A stretch of DNA of 64,000 bases from Mobula hypostoma. Taxonomy: Eukaryota. Shown here one piece after another: positions 62,505 to 64,000 of the stretch (position 1 is the first letter of the stretch; each line of letters begins with the position of its first letter). The stretch is from NCBI RefSeq assembly GCF_963921235.1, contig NC_086109.1, positions 20,772,001 through 20,836,000 of the forward strand, given 5' to 3'. The notes beneath the pieces are model-generated. The model did no database searches. It saw nothing but the letters and a program-made list of their open reading frames with translations, and had not been told where the DNA came from. The position numbers were made by a program, and so were the translations under genes.

Positions 62505-64000
62505 AACAGTGGTCTGGTGGATCGACCTCCACTTTGCGGAGGCTCAACAACTGTCAGACACCTTTTTCTTACCCCTCAGACAGGATCCCACTAAGGTGCA
62601 CTGGGCCATTGTCTCCCACACCATCACCAATCTTATTAACTCTGGAGATCTCCCATCCACTGCCATCAACCTCATAGTTCCCCCACCCCGCACCTCCCGT
62701 TTCTACCTCCTCCCCAAGATCCATAAACCTGCCTGGCCAGGTAGACCCATTGTCTCAGCTTGTTCCTGCCCCACTGAGCTCATATCTGCATACCTTGACT
62801 CAGTTTTATTCCGCCCAGTTCAGTCCCTTCCTGCCTACATCCGTGACACTCCACATGCTCTCAATTATTTTTTTCAATGTTTCAAGTTCTCTAGCCCCGA
62901 GCATCTTGTTTTTACTATGGATGCCCAGTCCCTATACACCTCCATGCCCCACCAGGAAGGCCTCAGAGCTCTCCGGTTCTTTCTGGACAACAGACCCAAC
63001 CAGTTCCCCTCCACCACTGCTCTCCTCGGTCTGGTGGAACATCCTCATTCTCAATCATTTCTCCTTTGGCTCCTTCCACTTCCCTCAAACAAAAGGTGTA
63101 GCTGTGGGCACTCACATGGGTGCCAGCTATGCCTGCCTTTTTGTCGGCTAAGTGGAAAGGTCTACGCTCCAAGCCTACACCGGTATCACTCCCCAATTTT
63201 TCCTACACTACATCGACGATTGCATTGGTGCTGCTTCCTGCACCCATGCAGAGCTCATCAACTTCATATATTTTGCCTCGAACTTCCACCCTGCCCTCAA
63301 ATTTACCTGGTCCATTTCCAACACCTCCCGCCCCCTTCTCGACTTCTCTGTCTCTGGAGACAGACATCAGTAGATGAGCTACTATAAACCTACTGACTCT
63401 TACAGCTACCTGGACTATGCCTCTTCCCTCACTGTAAAAATGCCATTCCCTTCTCACAATTCCTCCGTCTCTGCCACATCTGCTCTCAGGATGAGGCTTT
63501 TCATTCCAAAATGAAGGAGATGTCCTTCTTCAAAGAAAAGGGCTTCCCTTCCTCCACTATCAACACTGCCATCAACTGCATCTCTTCCATTTCATGCACA
63601 TCTGTCCTCACCCCATCCTCCCGCCATCCCATTAAGGAGAAAGTTCTTCTTGTCTTCACCTACCGCCCCACCAGCCTCTGCGTCCAGCACATAATTCTCC
63701 ACAACTTCAGCTATCTCCAACGGGATCCCACCACCAAGCATATCTTTTCTTCCCCTCTCCTCCTTACTTTCTGCTTTCTGCAGGGATCGCTCCCTACGTG
63801 ACTCCCTTGTCCAATCGTCCCTCCACGCTGATCTCCCTCCTGGCACTTATCCTTGCAAGCGGAACAAGTGCTACACCTGCCCCCTACACCACCTTCCTCA
63901 CCGCCAATCCTTCCAGGTGAGCTGACACTTCACCGTGAGTCTATTGAGGTCATCTACTGTATCCAGTGCTCCTGATGTGGCCTCCTGTATATCGATGAGA
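62505..64000 (+). mobile_element. Penelope-like retroelement (RT plus start of GIY-YIG), decayed, running off the window
   Basis: FYLLPKIHKP..PGRPIVS, TMDAQSLYT, QTKGVAVGTHMG, YIDD; VIYCIQC..CGLLYI at the window end; frameshifts and stops. Confidence 0.9.

Noticed and set aside
62509..63387. 292-aa ORF as an intact protein-coding gene
   Set aside because: It leaves the Penelope RT frame midway; later RT motifs are in other frames with stops.

Overview
This window is vertebrate genomic DNA, most likely from a shark or ray; that is inferred from HE1/V-type SINEs and the CR1, Rex-Babar and Penelope repeat mix. The one host gene is a + strand F-actin capping protein alpha (CAPZA family) gene. 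Coding exons 2-10 (15713-50720) splice cleanly into 273 aa plus stop; exon 1 was not found and is probably upstream of the window. The protein looks unusually divergent from CAPZA1 and CAPZA2. Most of the remaining sequence is transposable elements: a two-LTR endogenous retrovirus-like provirus (8881-14190, - strand) with gag, protease and integrase but no RT and no env; a solo LTR; nested Tigger/pogo elements; a Tc1 remnant; tiny hAT MITEs; many CR1, Rex-Babar and L2 fragments; a young CR1 nested in an old CR1; a decayed Penelope; and palindromic Penelope-derived elements with hammerhead-like cores. Nearly all supplied ORFs are TE remnants or chance ORFs. Family assignments come from motif recognition, not database searches. 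Repeat boundaries are approximate unless a TSD or TIR is quoted.
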